Shown here one piece after another: positions 54,985-64,000 of a stretch of 64,000 nucleotides of DNA (position 1 is the first letter of the stretch; each line of letters starts with the position of its first letter). The stretch lies in assembly GCA_963732195.1 (NCBI GenBank), contig CAVSYO010000006.1, positions 40,970-104,969 of the forward strand, given 5' to 3'. The translations under genes were made by a program, and so were the position numbers. The notes beneath the pieces were generated by a model. That model made no database searches and was not told the DNA's origin. It worked only from the letters and a program-made list of their open reading frames with translations. This DNA is from Terriglobia bacterium. Its GTDB lineage: Bacteria > Acidobacteriota > Terriglobia > Terriglobales > Acidobacteriaceae.

Positions 54985-56277
54985 TCAGTAGCCGGCCAGG
55001 CGACGTTCCTGTGACGACATTTGCGCCCACAGTTGGTCCATATTTCTCTGGATCCAGACGTTTGCCGGCTGAAGTTCATGCGCTGAATTAAACCACCGGT
55101 AAGCCATTACGCGGTCCTGCTTCACACAGAGGCCGCTGGAATAAAGGGCCGCCATCTGGATTGCCGCGCCGGGATCGCTTTTGTCGGTAGCTGCGTGCAG
55201 ATACAGCAAGCCCTGTTCGCAGTTCTGTGAGACGCCGCCAGTTCCGCGAATGTATTGCTGGGCCCGCACCAGAGCAGCACTGGGTTTGTAGTCAGGAATA
55301 CGGGCTTCTTCTGCCCCTTTGGTGTCTGCATTAGGCAAGGAGTTTCCAGTTGAGGATTTTGCGGAAGGCGTGCCTTCGTCCGAGCCAGTGGCCAATGGAC
55401 TAGGTGCTGTGGTTTCCAGCGCCGTAGGCTCGGTCTTGGGTGCTTTCACTTCAGCAACAGCGCCACCAGCAATCGCGCTGGCTCCGCTGGCTGCGATTTT
55501 AGGCGACTCCGTAACAGCAGGTCCTATGGCATCTGCCGGCTGGTTGCTTCCCTGCGGCGCAGTAGCTGGAGTTGATGGATCTGATTTTGCCGGAACCGGC
55601 GGTTTCGGACTGGCTTTGAAACTTGATCGCCATTGCACAAAAAGCAGTCCCAGAATGGCAGCCAGCACTAACAGCAGGAGCAGCTTACGCAAACCGCCGC
55701 CGGAAGGTTCGTCTTCCAGCAGATATTCAGCATCGTCGTTGTTGTCCGGCTGAGAATTTAAACCCAGAAAAGAAGGACCACTAATGCGACCACCGTTTCC
55801 CGACTCTTTGCGGATGACTTCGCTGGACACAGATTCGGCGCGTACGGCTGCAGTACGCGCAGGTTCGTTGCGGAATATTGCTGGTTCGCCCCTGCGAGGA
55901 AGCGCTACAGCCGTTTTATCGGATGGCTCCTCCGTCGGGGCAGCCACCAGTGTTGTTGACCTGCGTTTTACATCCGGAGGCGGCAATTGTGCATTGGCAA
56001 TGGCAGCGGCCCGCGAAGCGTCACCCGTACCGCGACGTTCCTCCATGCGGCGTTCTATGCGAGTCCCGCACATGCCGCAGAATTTCATGCCCGGCTCATT
56101 TACATGGCCGCATCCCGCGCACTTTGTGCTTCCGGATTGGTGGGTCCTTCGTTCCGCTTGCCGTCTGTCCAGGCGTACACCGCAAGAGCCGCAAAATTTA
56201 TATTCCGGACGATTCTCCGTCCCGCAGAAGGTACAAAGCATGAGGCCCTTTAAACTCCTTTGACCGCCATTTGACAC
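54985..56277 (-). CDS. Double zinc-ribbon / TM / Sel1-repeat protein
   Basis: The N-terminus has CTFCGTEN..CGSCG and CAGCGHVN..CGMCG. It has one TM (LLLLLVLAAILGLLFV). The C-terminus has Sel1-like ..AAIQMAALYSSGLCVKQDRVMAYRWFNSA. Confidence 0.7.
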   Translation of the reverse strand: MSNGGQRSLKGLMLCTFCGTENRPEYKFCGSCGVRLDRRQAERRTHQSGSTKCAGCGHVNEPGMKFCGMCGTRIERRMEERRGTGDASRAAAIANAQLPPPDVKRRSTTLVAAPTEEPSDKTAVALPRRGEPAIFRNEPARTAAVRAESVSSEVIRKESGNGGRISGPSFLGLNSQPDNNDDAEYLLEDEPSGGGLRKLLLLLVLAAILGLLFVQWRSSFKASPKPPVPAKSDPSTPATAPQGSNQPADAIGPAVTESPKIAASGASAIAGGAVAEVKAPKTEPTALETTAPSPLATGSDEGTPSAKSSTGNSLPNADTKGAEEARIPDYKPSAALVRAQQYIRGTGGVSQNCEQGLLYLHAATDKSDPGAAIQMAALYSSGLCVKQDRVMAYRWFNSAHELQPANVWIQRNMDQLWAQMSSQERRLAGY

Positions 56278-56478
56278 ACGTCCACTAAAAACAGCAGCTC
56301 AGTTATTTATTAGGATGATGTCTGGCGCTGATAAGCTGCAAGCTGATTTTTTTCTTAGCACCATAGAAAGAGATGGGCCTTAGTACTATCGGTCGCGTAT
56401 CTGGCCCTGCCCCGATCAACCATCTCGAGAAAGAGGCATCTGGCGCGCAGCTGCTTTGAGAGATAATCGGAACTAACG

Positions 56479-57570
56479 ATGATATTTGCAGAGGAAATCG
56501 CGCAGGCAGCCAGGCAAGCCGCCACTGAGGCTGGCTTCGATCTGGCAGGAATCGCGCCCATCCGCAAAGAAGATATGCCGGAGCTTGGCGCCTTCATTGA
56601 ATGGGTGGATGCAGGCCGCGCCGGAGAAATGAAGTACCTGGAATCTCGCACGGAGTCAGGCGAGCTTCGCCGTGCATCTGCCACGAACGCGGCGCCATGG
56701 GTACGTTCCGTGATTGTCTGCGCGCTGAATTACAGTGCTGACAAGCCTTATTCGGTGGAGGCCAATGATCCAAAACGAGGCTGGATCTCACGCTATGCCT
56801 GGGGCACAAAGGACTATCATGACGCGCTGCTGCCGCGGTTGCGACAGGTTGAAGCGGCCATCAAGCAAGTTGCCTCTGCGCAAAACGCCGAAATGGAAAC
56901 CCGCAGCTATGTGGATACAGGGCCAATTCTGGAGCGCGTTTACGCCAAGTACGCCGGGATCGGATGGATTGGCAAGAACACGTGCATCATCCACCAGAAA
57001 TTGGGCTCATGGCTGTTTCTGGGAGTAATCCTTACCTCACTGGAACTGCCCGCAGATACTGCAGCCGCTGACCGTTGCGGAAGCTGCACTCGCTGCATTG
57101 ACGCATGTCCAACGCATGCCATTGTGGCGCCGGGCAAGCTGGACGCGCGGCTGTGCATCGCTTATCTCACCATTGAAAAACGCGGCAGCGTGCCGGAAGA
57201 ACTCAGGGCGGACATGGGGCATCATATCTTTGGCTGTGACATTTGCCAGGATGTCTGCCCATGGAATAACAAGTCCGGCAACGCTGCACCGACTTCCCTG
57301 CCGGAATTTCAGCCGCAGGAGCGGCTTTTCCATCCTGATTTGCGCTGGCTTGCACAGATGGATCAAGAAACGTACCGCCAGGCGTTTCGAGGCTCGCCCG
57401 TGAAGCGGGCAAAATATTCTGGGCTTAAGCGAAATGTGGCGATCGCCATGGGTAACAGCGGTAATAAGGATTTCCTGGCGGATTTACAAAGGTTGGCGGC
57501 TGAACCAGATGCTATAGTCGCAGAGCACGCGGAGTGGGCGCTCAGAAAACTTGCAGACAAATCGCGCTAA
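56479..57570 (+). CDS. queG: Epoxyqueuosine reductase
   Basis: CGSCTRCIDACPTHAI and FGCDICQDVCPWN ferredoxin motifs, plus a C-terminal HEAT-like tail. Confidence 0.88.
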   Translation: MIFAEEIAQAARQAATEAGFDLAGIAPIRKEDMPELGAFIEWVDAGRAGEMKYLESRTESGELRRASATNAAPWVRSVIVCALNYSADKPYSVEANDPKRGWISRYAWGTKDYHDALLPRLRQVEAAIKQVASAQNAEMETRSYVDTGPILERVYAKYAGIGWIGKNTCIIHQKLGSWLFLGVILTSLELPADTAAADRCGSCTRCIDACPTHAIVAPGKLDARLCIAYLTIEKRGSVPEELRADMGHHIFGCDICQDVCPWNNKSGNAAPTSLPEFQPQERLFHPDLRWLAQMDQETYRQAFRGSPVKRAKYSGLKRNVAIAMGNSGNKDFLADLQRLAAEPDAIVAEHAEWALRKLADKSR

Positions 57571-57614
57571 GTAAGTCCCCAAAAAGGAACATTGTGTTAA
57601 GGTTTTCAGCAGCT

Positions 57615-57947
57615 ATGTCCCAGAACAAACAGCATCCGTGGACGCTTCCTCGAGCACACACCCGTTATCTTTTGGATTTGCGAATCGTTGTCCGGGCAAA
57701 AGAAACACTCATCGGCCGGACTAAGGACATCGCCGAAGGTGGATTGGGCGCTACCATTCCCAACAACATCGATATTGGAGAAATCGTTGAACTGGAATTG
57801 CAGCTCCCGGAGGCCAATGAACCACTGAAGATCAAGGCTGAAGTCCGCTATCGGCATGGCTTCCAATACGGATTCAAGTATGTTCAGATCACGCATCAGC
57901 AAAAAGAGATGATCCGGCGCACCACGCGCGACCTGCGCCTGGCTTAA
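57615..57947 (+). CDS. PilZ-domain protein
   Basis: It has the RAHTRY..(R-rich) motif and DIAEGGLGA (D/NxSxxG-like). I chose the start at MSQNKQ. Confidence 0.65.
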   Translation: MSQNKQHPWTLPRAHTRYLLDLRIVVRAKETLIGRTKDIAEGGLGATIPNNIDIGEIVELELQLPEANEPLKIKAEVRYRHGFQYGFKYVQITHQQKEMIRRTTRDLRLA

Positions 57948-58052
57948 TCATCGATATTCGGCGTACTTAGCACACGTTCCGCAGTGCGGCCATTCTTACT
58001 GTGATCAACATCACAGCCGAATGTAAGCCCCCTCCCTGAGAATAGCTTTGCG

Positions 58053-58937
58053 ATGAACGCTCAGGGTAAAATTGCGGCCCATCCAACAGGAAAGCTCCTG
58101 GTATTACCAGGCCCATTCAAGTCCGCAATTCGACTGCTGGTTCCCAGAGAACACGGTACTTGGGGGCTTTTGCTGTTTCCACTCATCAGCGGCGCGATCA
58201 TGGGATATGGCGCTAGTTCAAATGCATCGTTGGCCGCGGTGCTCTGGTTCTTATTGACTACGTTATCAGTATTCCTGATGTATCAACCTTTGGAAGGTTT
58301 TTTGGGATTGTCCCTGATAAAAGCGCGTTCGCAGCAGCAGCAGCGCATCGCAATATTATCGGTAATAACGCTCGCTCTAATCGCCACAGCCGGAGTTTTG
58401 GAGCTTTTCCATTTGCACCGCGGCCGCGTCCTGAGCTTTGGCTTGGCGGCACTGGGATGTTTTTGCGTGCGCCTGTTGCTCGGCAGTTCGCGATCCACGC
58501 GAGTTCCCAGGCAGCTGATCGGCGCGCTGGGACTTAGTTCGGCAGCGGCAGGAGCTTACTACGCCGCCAGCGGCAGGATTGACCGGACAGGAATTCTCCT
58601 GTGGCTTGCGTCATGGCTTTTTGCGGTTGGTCAGATCGAATACGTCCATCTGCGTATTAGCACAGCGCAGGTCAGGTCATGGCGGCAAAAAGTACGGCTG
58701 AGCGTGGCCGTATGCTTTCTGCACTTACTGATAATTGGCGCGTCCCTTACTGTTACGTTTGCCGGCTTTGCTCCGCTCTTGTTGACGCTTGCCTTCGTTC
58801 CGTCGGTCATCCGTGTCGTCGTCTGGCTGGCAAGGCCCTGGCGACCGCTGCGCGTCCGCACTCTTGGATTCAGTGAACTGTTGCTGGGGCTGCTGTTCAA
58901 CATCCTGCTTGTCGGCGCTTTCCTCATTCGTGGCTAA
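58053..58937 (+). CDS. Polytopic membrane protein (YwiC-like)
   Basis: It has about 8 hydrophobic segments and the N-terminal PREHGTWGLLLFPL motif. Confidence 0.6.
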   Translation: MNAQGKIAAHPTGKLLVLPGPFKSAIRLLVPREHGTWGLLLFPLISGAIMGYGASSNASLAAVLWFLLTTLSVFLMYQPLEGFLGLSLIKARSQQQQRIAILSVITLALIATAGVLELFHLHRGRVLSFGLAALGCFCVRLLLGSSRSTRVPRQLIGALGLSSAAAGAYYAASGRIDRTGILLWLASWLFAVGQIEYVHLRISTAQVRSWRQKVRLSVAVCFLHLLIIGASLTVTFAGFAPLLLTLAFVPSVIRVVVWLARPWRPLRVRTLGFSELLLGLLFNILLVGAFLIRG

Positions 58938-58975
58938 CGCTGCTTTTCTTATTCGCGCTCAAGGCTGCAAACCGC

Positions 58976-60031
58976 TTACGTAAACTGGCTTCTGAACACT
59001 GCTTTGATGTGGTTCAGCCGTTTGGATAGCGCTTCGGCTTCTTCCTTCATCCCCAGTTCGTTCGCCAATCCAATAGCATCATAGAACGCATCTTTGGCAT
59101 TGCTGTAACAGCCATTGGCTCCTCGACGGCTCTCGTACATCTGGTCATAATATTTTTCGCCCAGCACTACGAGTTTTCGCAGCCGGTTGCGGTTTAACTC
59201 CTCGTCACTACGATGAACTGGCGTCTCGTCAGGCGAGGCTTTCATAGGAAGGACGGTCAACACCGCTCGATTTTCCCTCAGCCGTATCGCACGAAAGCCG
59301 GGAATTTCCTCCGGCAACTCAGTTTCAGGAAGCATGACAAAATCGGAATACAAAGGAGGACGGAGAAGAGACTTCCAATCTTCGTCTTCCAGCCATGGAT
59401 CAGCTACAGGAAATGCACAGTACCGTGCGCCAATCGCCTTTGACAGGTTCATCAACACACGCGCCAAAGCCATAGCTGGCTCGGTGGCGTTGACCTGGTC
59501 AGCATAGGCGGCTTCCCGTTCATGGAGAAAAATCACGGGATCGCCGCGTCCTCGCAGCCGAAACTCCAGATGAAAGCGCTGCCGTCCGGAGAATGCCACC
59601 ACGCATCCATCCCATGCCGGAGCTGAAGTCACTACCAAAGCGCCGGTGGGATCGATCATCTTCTCACCCCACTTCCACCAGCGGTCGTTGCGATCGTAAT
59701 ACAACCGGGCGACATTCAAGCCATCACGCATCAGGAAGCCGCTATCCAGCAAAGAATTGATGGCAAGTTCCACCAGCTTGTCATGCGGTTTTTGAAGCGC
59801 CCAGAAAACAGCGGTGCGGAAAAGCAAGGATTGCTCAATAACTAATTCGACATCGGCAAACGGCAGGCTCACGGTGACCGCATCGCCATTGCGATAAAAG
59901 CGCACCTCGACTGTGCGGCTCTCGCCATCCGTAGGCGGCGGAACGGCGGTCACTCTGCCTTCCTTGTACTGCGGCAGCGCGCTTTCTGGCAGCTCGCGCA
60001 AGAGCCGCACGGTATCTTCGGGATATAACAA
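58976..60031 (-). CDS. Hypothetical protein with DUF4926-like N-terminal module
   Basis: The N-terminus reads LYPEDTVRLLRELPESALPQYKEGRVTAV...VEVRF. The rest is unrecognised. The start is probably TTG. Confidence 0.55.
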   Translation of the reverse strand: MLYPEDTVRLLRELPESALPQYKEGRVTAVPPPTDGESRTVEVRFYRNGDAVTVSLPFADVELVIEQSLLFRTAVFWALQKPHDKLVELAINSLLDSGFLMRDGLNVARLYYDRNDRWWKWGEKMIDPTGALVVTSAPAWDGCVVAFSGRQRFHLEFRLRGRGDPVIFLHEREAAYADQVNATEPAMALARVLMNLSKAIGARYCAFPVADPWLEDEDWKSLLRPPLYSDFVMLPETELPEEIPGFRAIRLRENRAVLTVLPMKASPDETPVHRSDEELNRNRLRKLVVLGEKYYDQMYESRRGANGCYSNAKDAFYDAIGLANELGMKEEAEALSKRLNHIKAVFRSQFT

Positions 60032-60127
60032 GTTTGTCCTCTTGGCAGCAGATTACATTGAGGCGATTCCCTCCGCAATCACATTTCTGGTAGAGTGCTG
60101 GCTCACCTTTGCAGAAGGAGAGCTCCA

Positions 60128-60562
60128 ATGCCAAACGGCGGCCCGGACAATTGCGGAACTTGCGGATTCGACCGCGGCAACAGCGGCATTTGGCGAAATC
60201 CCGAGCCGGATGAAAGTCAAACATCTTTCTGCACAATCCGCGGCGTCGCTATGCTGGCTGACCATTGGACCTATTGCCAGAACTGGCACACCCGTACCCC
60301 TATTCCCATTGGGCCAATCTATTCTTCCGGCGCTTACGAGCAGGGATATCGACGCATTCCCTGGCACGGACACGTTGCCCCGGAGTTCGTTGGGGCCGGC
60401 GTGTGTAGTGAGTGCGGCGTATCCATCGACGATGGGATTTCCATTGCAACAGTGGAGAGTGCGCCGCTTCAGTTTTGTGGAAACCTGCACTACCTTCAGT
60501 GGTGGAAGCGGCAACATCCAGATGAGGAAGCGCCTATGAGCGCCGACATCTGGGAGCACTGA
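60128..60562 (+). CDS. Cys-rich hypothetical protein
   Basis: The ATG lies behind AAGGAGAG. It reads MPNGGPDNCGTCGF...CSECG..FCGNLHYLQWW. Confidence 0.5.
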   Translation: MPNGGPDNCGTCGFDRGNSGIWRNPEPDESQTSFCTIRGVAMLADHWTYCQNWHTRTPIPIGPIYSSGAYEQGYRRIPWHGHVAPEFVGAGVCSECGVSIDDGISIATVESAPLQFCGNLHYLQWWKRQHPDEEAPMSADIWEH

Positions 60563-60624
60563 GACTCCGGCAAGGCAGGGAAATCTCAGCGCCTGTTTGC
60601 GGACCAGGGTGAATAGGCGTTAGA

Positions 60625-61218
60625 TTGTTGGCCATGAGAAAACTCATTGCCGCTGTTTTCACGCTTTGTCTTGCTGTGGGTTGCTTCGCGGTAGCCCAGA
60701 GCCCCACCGCCCAGACCTCACCTGCACCTTCCACCAAACCTCCGGCCAGTCCGCCTTCCGCACCCAGTTCAGCTGCGCGGCCGGGTGACGTCGATTCTAT
60801 CGATCACATAGTTGCGGCGGTGTATGACGTAATTTCCGGCCCAGCCGGCCCACGTGATTGGGACCGTTTCCGCAGCCTTTTCTATCCCGGAGCGCGCATG
60901 ATTCCCTCCCGTCGCGATGACAAAGGGACTGTCACGGCGCGGGTTTCCTCGCCGGACGAATACGCTACACGAGCGCAGGATTTCTTTTCCAAAGAGGGCT
61001 TCTTTGAAAAGTCAGTGGCCAATCGCGTAGAGGAGTGGGACCACATTGCGCATGTGTGGAGCACTTATGAATCGCGTCATGCCAAGGGTGAAAAGCCGTT
61101 TGCGCGCGGCATTAACAGCTTTCAGCTTTTCAATGATGGCAGCCGATGGTGGATCCTGACTGTCTATTGGGAATCAGAAGACGCCAACCATCCGCTGCCG
61201 GAAAAGTATCTGAAATAG
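60625..61218 (+). CDS. Secreted NTF2/SnoaL-like (DUF4440-like) protein
   Basis: It has a signal peptide and a Pro/Ser linker, then IDHIVAAVYDVISGPAG..WDRFRSLF..SFQLFNDGSRWWILTVYW. Confidence 0.65.
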   Translation: MLAMRKLIAAVFTLCLAVGCFAVAQSPTAQTSPAPSTKPPASPPSAPSSAARPGDVDSIDHIVAAVYDVISGPAGPRDWDRFRSLFYPGARMIPSRRDDKGTVTARVSSPDEYATRAQDFFSKEGFFEKSVANRVEEWDHIAHVWSTYESRHAKGEKPFARGINSFQLFNDGSRWWILTVYWESEDANHPLPEKYLK

Positions 61219-61234
61219 CCGTTTGCCGCGAAGA

Positions 61235-62266
61235 CTATTTCTTCCCCACCACAAGCAGGGTAAACGTGCCCGGTTTCATGTTGCGTCGCGGACGCTCGCC
61301 TTCTTTTGCCGGAGGCGCTTCCTCTATCTCCGCAGTGACCAGATACACGTCGTGGTTCGTGGTGTCCAGCGCCATGGTGCGCGCAAATTTCTGGGTGGGG
61401 GCATTCTCAAGCACGCTGAATTTGTCTGGTGAATCTTCATGGACAACCGTCAGGTTGCCGTCTCGTCCATTGGAACTGAAGGCGAGTTGCTGATCGGCAT
61501 CAAAAGCATTCGCATCAACGCCTTCGCCAATAGCCGGTGTGGCGATTACCTTGCCGCTGTCTGCATCCACGATGGCCATCATCTTGTTGCCGCAGCCGGC
61601 AAACAGCCTGCGGTGTTTCTGGTCCATGGCCAGACCGCTCGGCTCTTCACAAGGAGCCAGCGGCCAGGTTTTTACCACCGTCGCTTTTTTGGCGTCGATG
61701 CTGGTCAATTCACTCTTGTCTTCAATGTTCACAAAGACGCCGCCATTACCGTCAGCCACGCCAAATTCCGGTTTGCCGTCGAGCGGAATATTGCCGACAA
61801 CCTTGTCATTTGTGGCATCGATTACCGTGGCATTTTTGCTGCGGCCGTTAAAGGTAAAGACGCGCTTGGAAGATGGATCATAGAGAATGGCGTCAGGGTT
61901 TTCGCCCTCGATCTTGATCTTGGCCGTCTGCTTCAGTGTTTTCAGGTCAAAAACGGTCACGCTGTTTTCGCGTCCGTTGCTGGTGAATCCTTTGCCTAAA
62001 TCCTGCGCCAGAGCGATGCCGTGGACTCCGGCGGTGTCAGGAATGTCGCCGACCACGGAACCTTTATAAGGATCCACCACCATGACGTGTGTGCCGCGGG
62101 AAATGAAGAGACGTTTCCCTGCCGGATCAAAAGTTAAATAGTCCCAGCCGCCATCGCCGCCTAGAACGTATTTCTGTTTGACCTGATATTGTGTTGGCGC
62201 AAAAGCCTTCATTGAGCCTGCGCACAGGCACGCCACGGCAAGTAGTAATGCAACTTGTTTTCGCAT
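61235..62266 (-). CDS. YncE-like beta-propeller repeat protein
   Basis: It has a signal peptide and repeated ..G.P.G.A.D....FV.N...N.V.V.D.. units (YVTN-type). Confidence 0.8.
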   Translation of the reverse strand: MRKQVALLLAVACLCAGSMKAFAPTQYQVKQKYVLGGDGGWDYLTFDPAGKRLFISRGTHVMVVDPYKGSVVGDIPDTAGVHGIALAQDLGKGFTSNGRENSVTVFDLKTLKQTAKIKIEGENPDAILYDPSSKRVFTFNGRSKNATVIDATNDKVVGNIPLDGKPEFGVADGNGGVFVNIEDKSELTSIDAKKATVVKTWPLAPCEEPSGLAMDQKHRRLFAGCGNKMMAIVDADSGKVIATPAIGEGVDANAFDADQQLAFSSNGRDGNLTVVHEDSPDKFSVLENAPTQKFARTMALDTTNHDVYLVTAEIEEAPPAKEGERPRRNMKPGTFTLLVVGKK

Positions 62267-62289
62267 CTTTCACCTCGTTTTGTCGTTGA

Positions 62290-62553
62290 TCATTCTAATA
62301 GGAACGCAAGCAAACTGTCTCTAAGTCGAGACGTCAGCCAGGACCGCGCCAGCCACCAGCGCCTCAACGCCACCACGGACCATACGGCTTCCACCGCGCC
62401 AAACGGCCACGCGCCTTGCAGAAAGCCATAGACGGAAGCCAGCGCACAGGCAAGAGCGAAGGCAAAGATGAACCACGGGCTGCGCTTTTCCAGCGCATAA
62501 AAGACCAGCATCGCCGTTACGGCGAACAGTCCAAAAGCGGTAAGAGCGTTCAA
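62290..62553 (-). CDS. Small membrane protein
   Basis: 87 aa with 2-3 hydrophobic helices. Confidence 0.55.
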   Translation of the reverse strand: MNALTAFGLFAVTAMLVFYALEKRSPWFIFAFALACALASVYGFLQGAWPFGAVEAVWSVVALRRWWLARSWLTSRLRDSLLAFLLE

Positions 62554-62830
62554 TCTTGCTCCTTAATTGCATCGCGATTGTAAAGCAAAGCAGTTGCCGT
62601 TCGGCGCCACTGGAACACAAATGCTCAAGAGTACCGCAAAATTATTTGCAAACTTTCTACCTGCCGGCGTTCTGTCAACAGAAGTACTCCCGTTTCCTCC
62701 AAGGGAGAGCCCCATGCTCGAAGAGCGACGGTCCTTCCCCACGGGATGATAGCGTGCTGCGCACGCGCAGTAAGTTATCATCCCGGGACCGCGCAGCCGA
62801 CCTCATATCGAGGACTTGAAGACCGGCTTT

Positions 62831-63235
62831 CTAGTGCGCGGCCTGTTTTGACGCCTTCCATACCGGCATGTAATCGTACGTCGGATAGAACTCAGTTCGA
62901 TAAGCGCCCCAGGCGCCGTGCTCAATGGCAAGATTCACGTCTCGCAGCTTCTCCGCGGGAAAGCGCAACGTCACCACCTGACCAATCCCCATCATCACGT
63001 ACCAGGAAACCACCTCCGCATCTGCAGGCGGGAATTTTTCCGTGAAGCCGGTTTGTTTCAGGTGTTGGTTGATTTCGTCCAGCGTTTTTGACTGGTCGTG
63101 CTTCAACAAAATCGTCAGCATCATCATGCCTTTTTGCTGCGGGCTGCTCTGGACCGCCGGCTGGTTTTGCGGACCGGCCAGAAGCGGCGACAAAACAAAC
63201 AGAATGAAAACGGCAATCATCTTCAGGTGTGACAT
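62831..63235 (-). CDS. Secreted hypothetical protein
   Basis: Signal peptide MSHLKMIAVFILFVLSPLLAG. Confidence 0.55.
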   Translation of the reverse strand: MSHLKMIAVFILFVLSPLLAGPQNQPAVQSSPQQKGMMMLTILLKHDQSKTLDEINQHLKQTGFTEKFPPADAEVVSWYVMMGIGQVVTLRFPAEKLRDVNLAIEHGAWGAYRTEFYPTYDYMPVWKASKQAAH

Positions 63236-63318
63236 GAGAGGTCCTCATCAGAATGAGATGAATAAAATCTACGTCAGGAAATTGTATGGGATTCGAGTCA
63301 GGCTATCGATGAAAAGGA

Positions 63319-64000
63319 CTAACGAATGGGACAGGCTTGCGAAGGACCGGTCACAATGCTCTGATCGGGAAAGCTGAATGCTCCTTCGAAAGCATCGGAT
63401 GTTGTTCCGCGCTGAAACCATTGCATTAATACCTGGTTCTGCGGATGGTAAGTAAATCCATCGATCAACACAGGATATCCGGCGTTCGGCATCAGGGCCA
63501 ATGGATCGCCTGTCTCAAGATTGCTCTGGCATCCGGTCGAATTCGGAACCTGCCACGCCGGCACAGCATTGCTGCCGAATGGGTTATTCATCCATTCGGA
63601 AATTTCATGGCTCATGGGCGTAACGTCAGCAAGGCTGGGACCTAGAATGCCCTGCTCTACCCAACTGGCCCATATAAAGGTCTGGATAAACTTGACCTGC
63701 GTCATCTCGCCTACGTCGAATGACGTGTGGAAACCAAGCACACAGCATTTCTTGATATCTTTCTGCGGCGCAAGAAAGACATTCGAGGTGAGGGCGATGG
63801 CGAGAGCGTCCGGCGACAGGTTCGCCATCTGGATCATGGTATTCAGTTGCGAGAGGAAGAAGTCCGTGTCCACAATCGCATACACCACGCCGGTGCTGGG
63901 ATTGCGGTAAACCTTGGCATCGCCTCGCGGCACAGCGATCCTTAATGGCTTCATGATTTGTGGAGCGCCCAGAAGCGTGTGCCAATCCTTGCCGGCGGTG
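63319..64000 (-). CDS. Hypothetical protein, probably 5'-truncated by the window edge
   Basis: The frame stays open upstream of the tracked Met (63954) to the end of the window. Confidence 0.5.
   Translation of the reverse strand, partial: TAGKDWHTLLGAPQIMKPLRIAVPRGDAKVYRNPSTGVVYAIVDTDFFLSQLNTMIQMANLSPDALAIALTSNVFLAPQKDIKKCCVLGFHTSFDVGEMTQVKFIQTFIWASWVEQGILGPSLADVTPMSHEISEWMNNPFGSNAVPAWQVPNSTGCQSNLETGDPLALMPNAGYPVLIDGFTYHPQNQVLMQWFQRGTTSDAFEGAFSFPDQSIVTGPSQACPIR

Overview
About 64 kb of fairly GC-rich DNA from a Gram-negative, soil-type bacterium. The gene content and intergenic repeats look Acidobacteria-like, but that is inference and I could not run any search. All family names come from motifs I read in the translations. 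Layout: (1) 1-5.8 kb is host DNA: a TPR-secretin running off the left edge, smpB, pepA, then an AT-richer junk zone with an IS3-type transposase remnant. (2) 5.8-42.0 kb is a ~36.2-kb siphovirus-type prophage bounded by a perfect 37-bp direct repeat (5838-5874 and 42006-42042). Nearly all phage genes are on the minus strand. In transcription order they are a Cys-rich gene quartet, terL, a 6.4-kb cargo island, portal, prohead protease, scaffold-like protein, major capsid, head-tail adaptors, major tail, G/GT-type chaperone with a -1 frameshift site, tape measure, an RcGTA-like g12-g15 tail module, a fibre-like protein, two plus-strand methyltransferases, a lysis cassette interrupted by an HNH gene, and the integrase. 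Several morons carry their own terminators. The cargo island holds a secreted protein, a TraR-like zinc finger, a wHTH-like protein, a phospholipase C-family phosphoesterase, a Lys-rich protein, an OM beta-barrel and an Endo III-like glycosylase. (3) 42-64 kb is host DNA: alpha/beta hydrolase, FmdB zinc ribbon, tRNA-His, DUF892, ppa, an ECF sigma/anti-sigma operon, LLM oxidoreductase, DUF507 pair, queG, PilZ and a YncE-like propeller. Points worth a second look are the cargo island that splits the usual terL-portal adjacency and carries host-type REP elements, a tandem 5S-rRNA-like repeat inside it, dense short tandem repeats in intergenic DNA, and about 15 single-nucleotide frame disruptions in both phage and host genes. 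Those disruptions could be assembly noise or real decay; I cannot tell which from the sequence alone. I found no recognisable known defence system, CRISPR array or rRNA operon.
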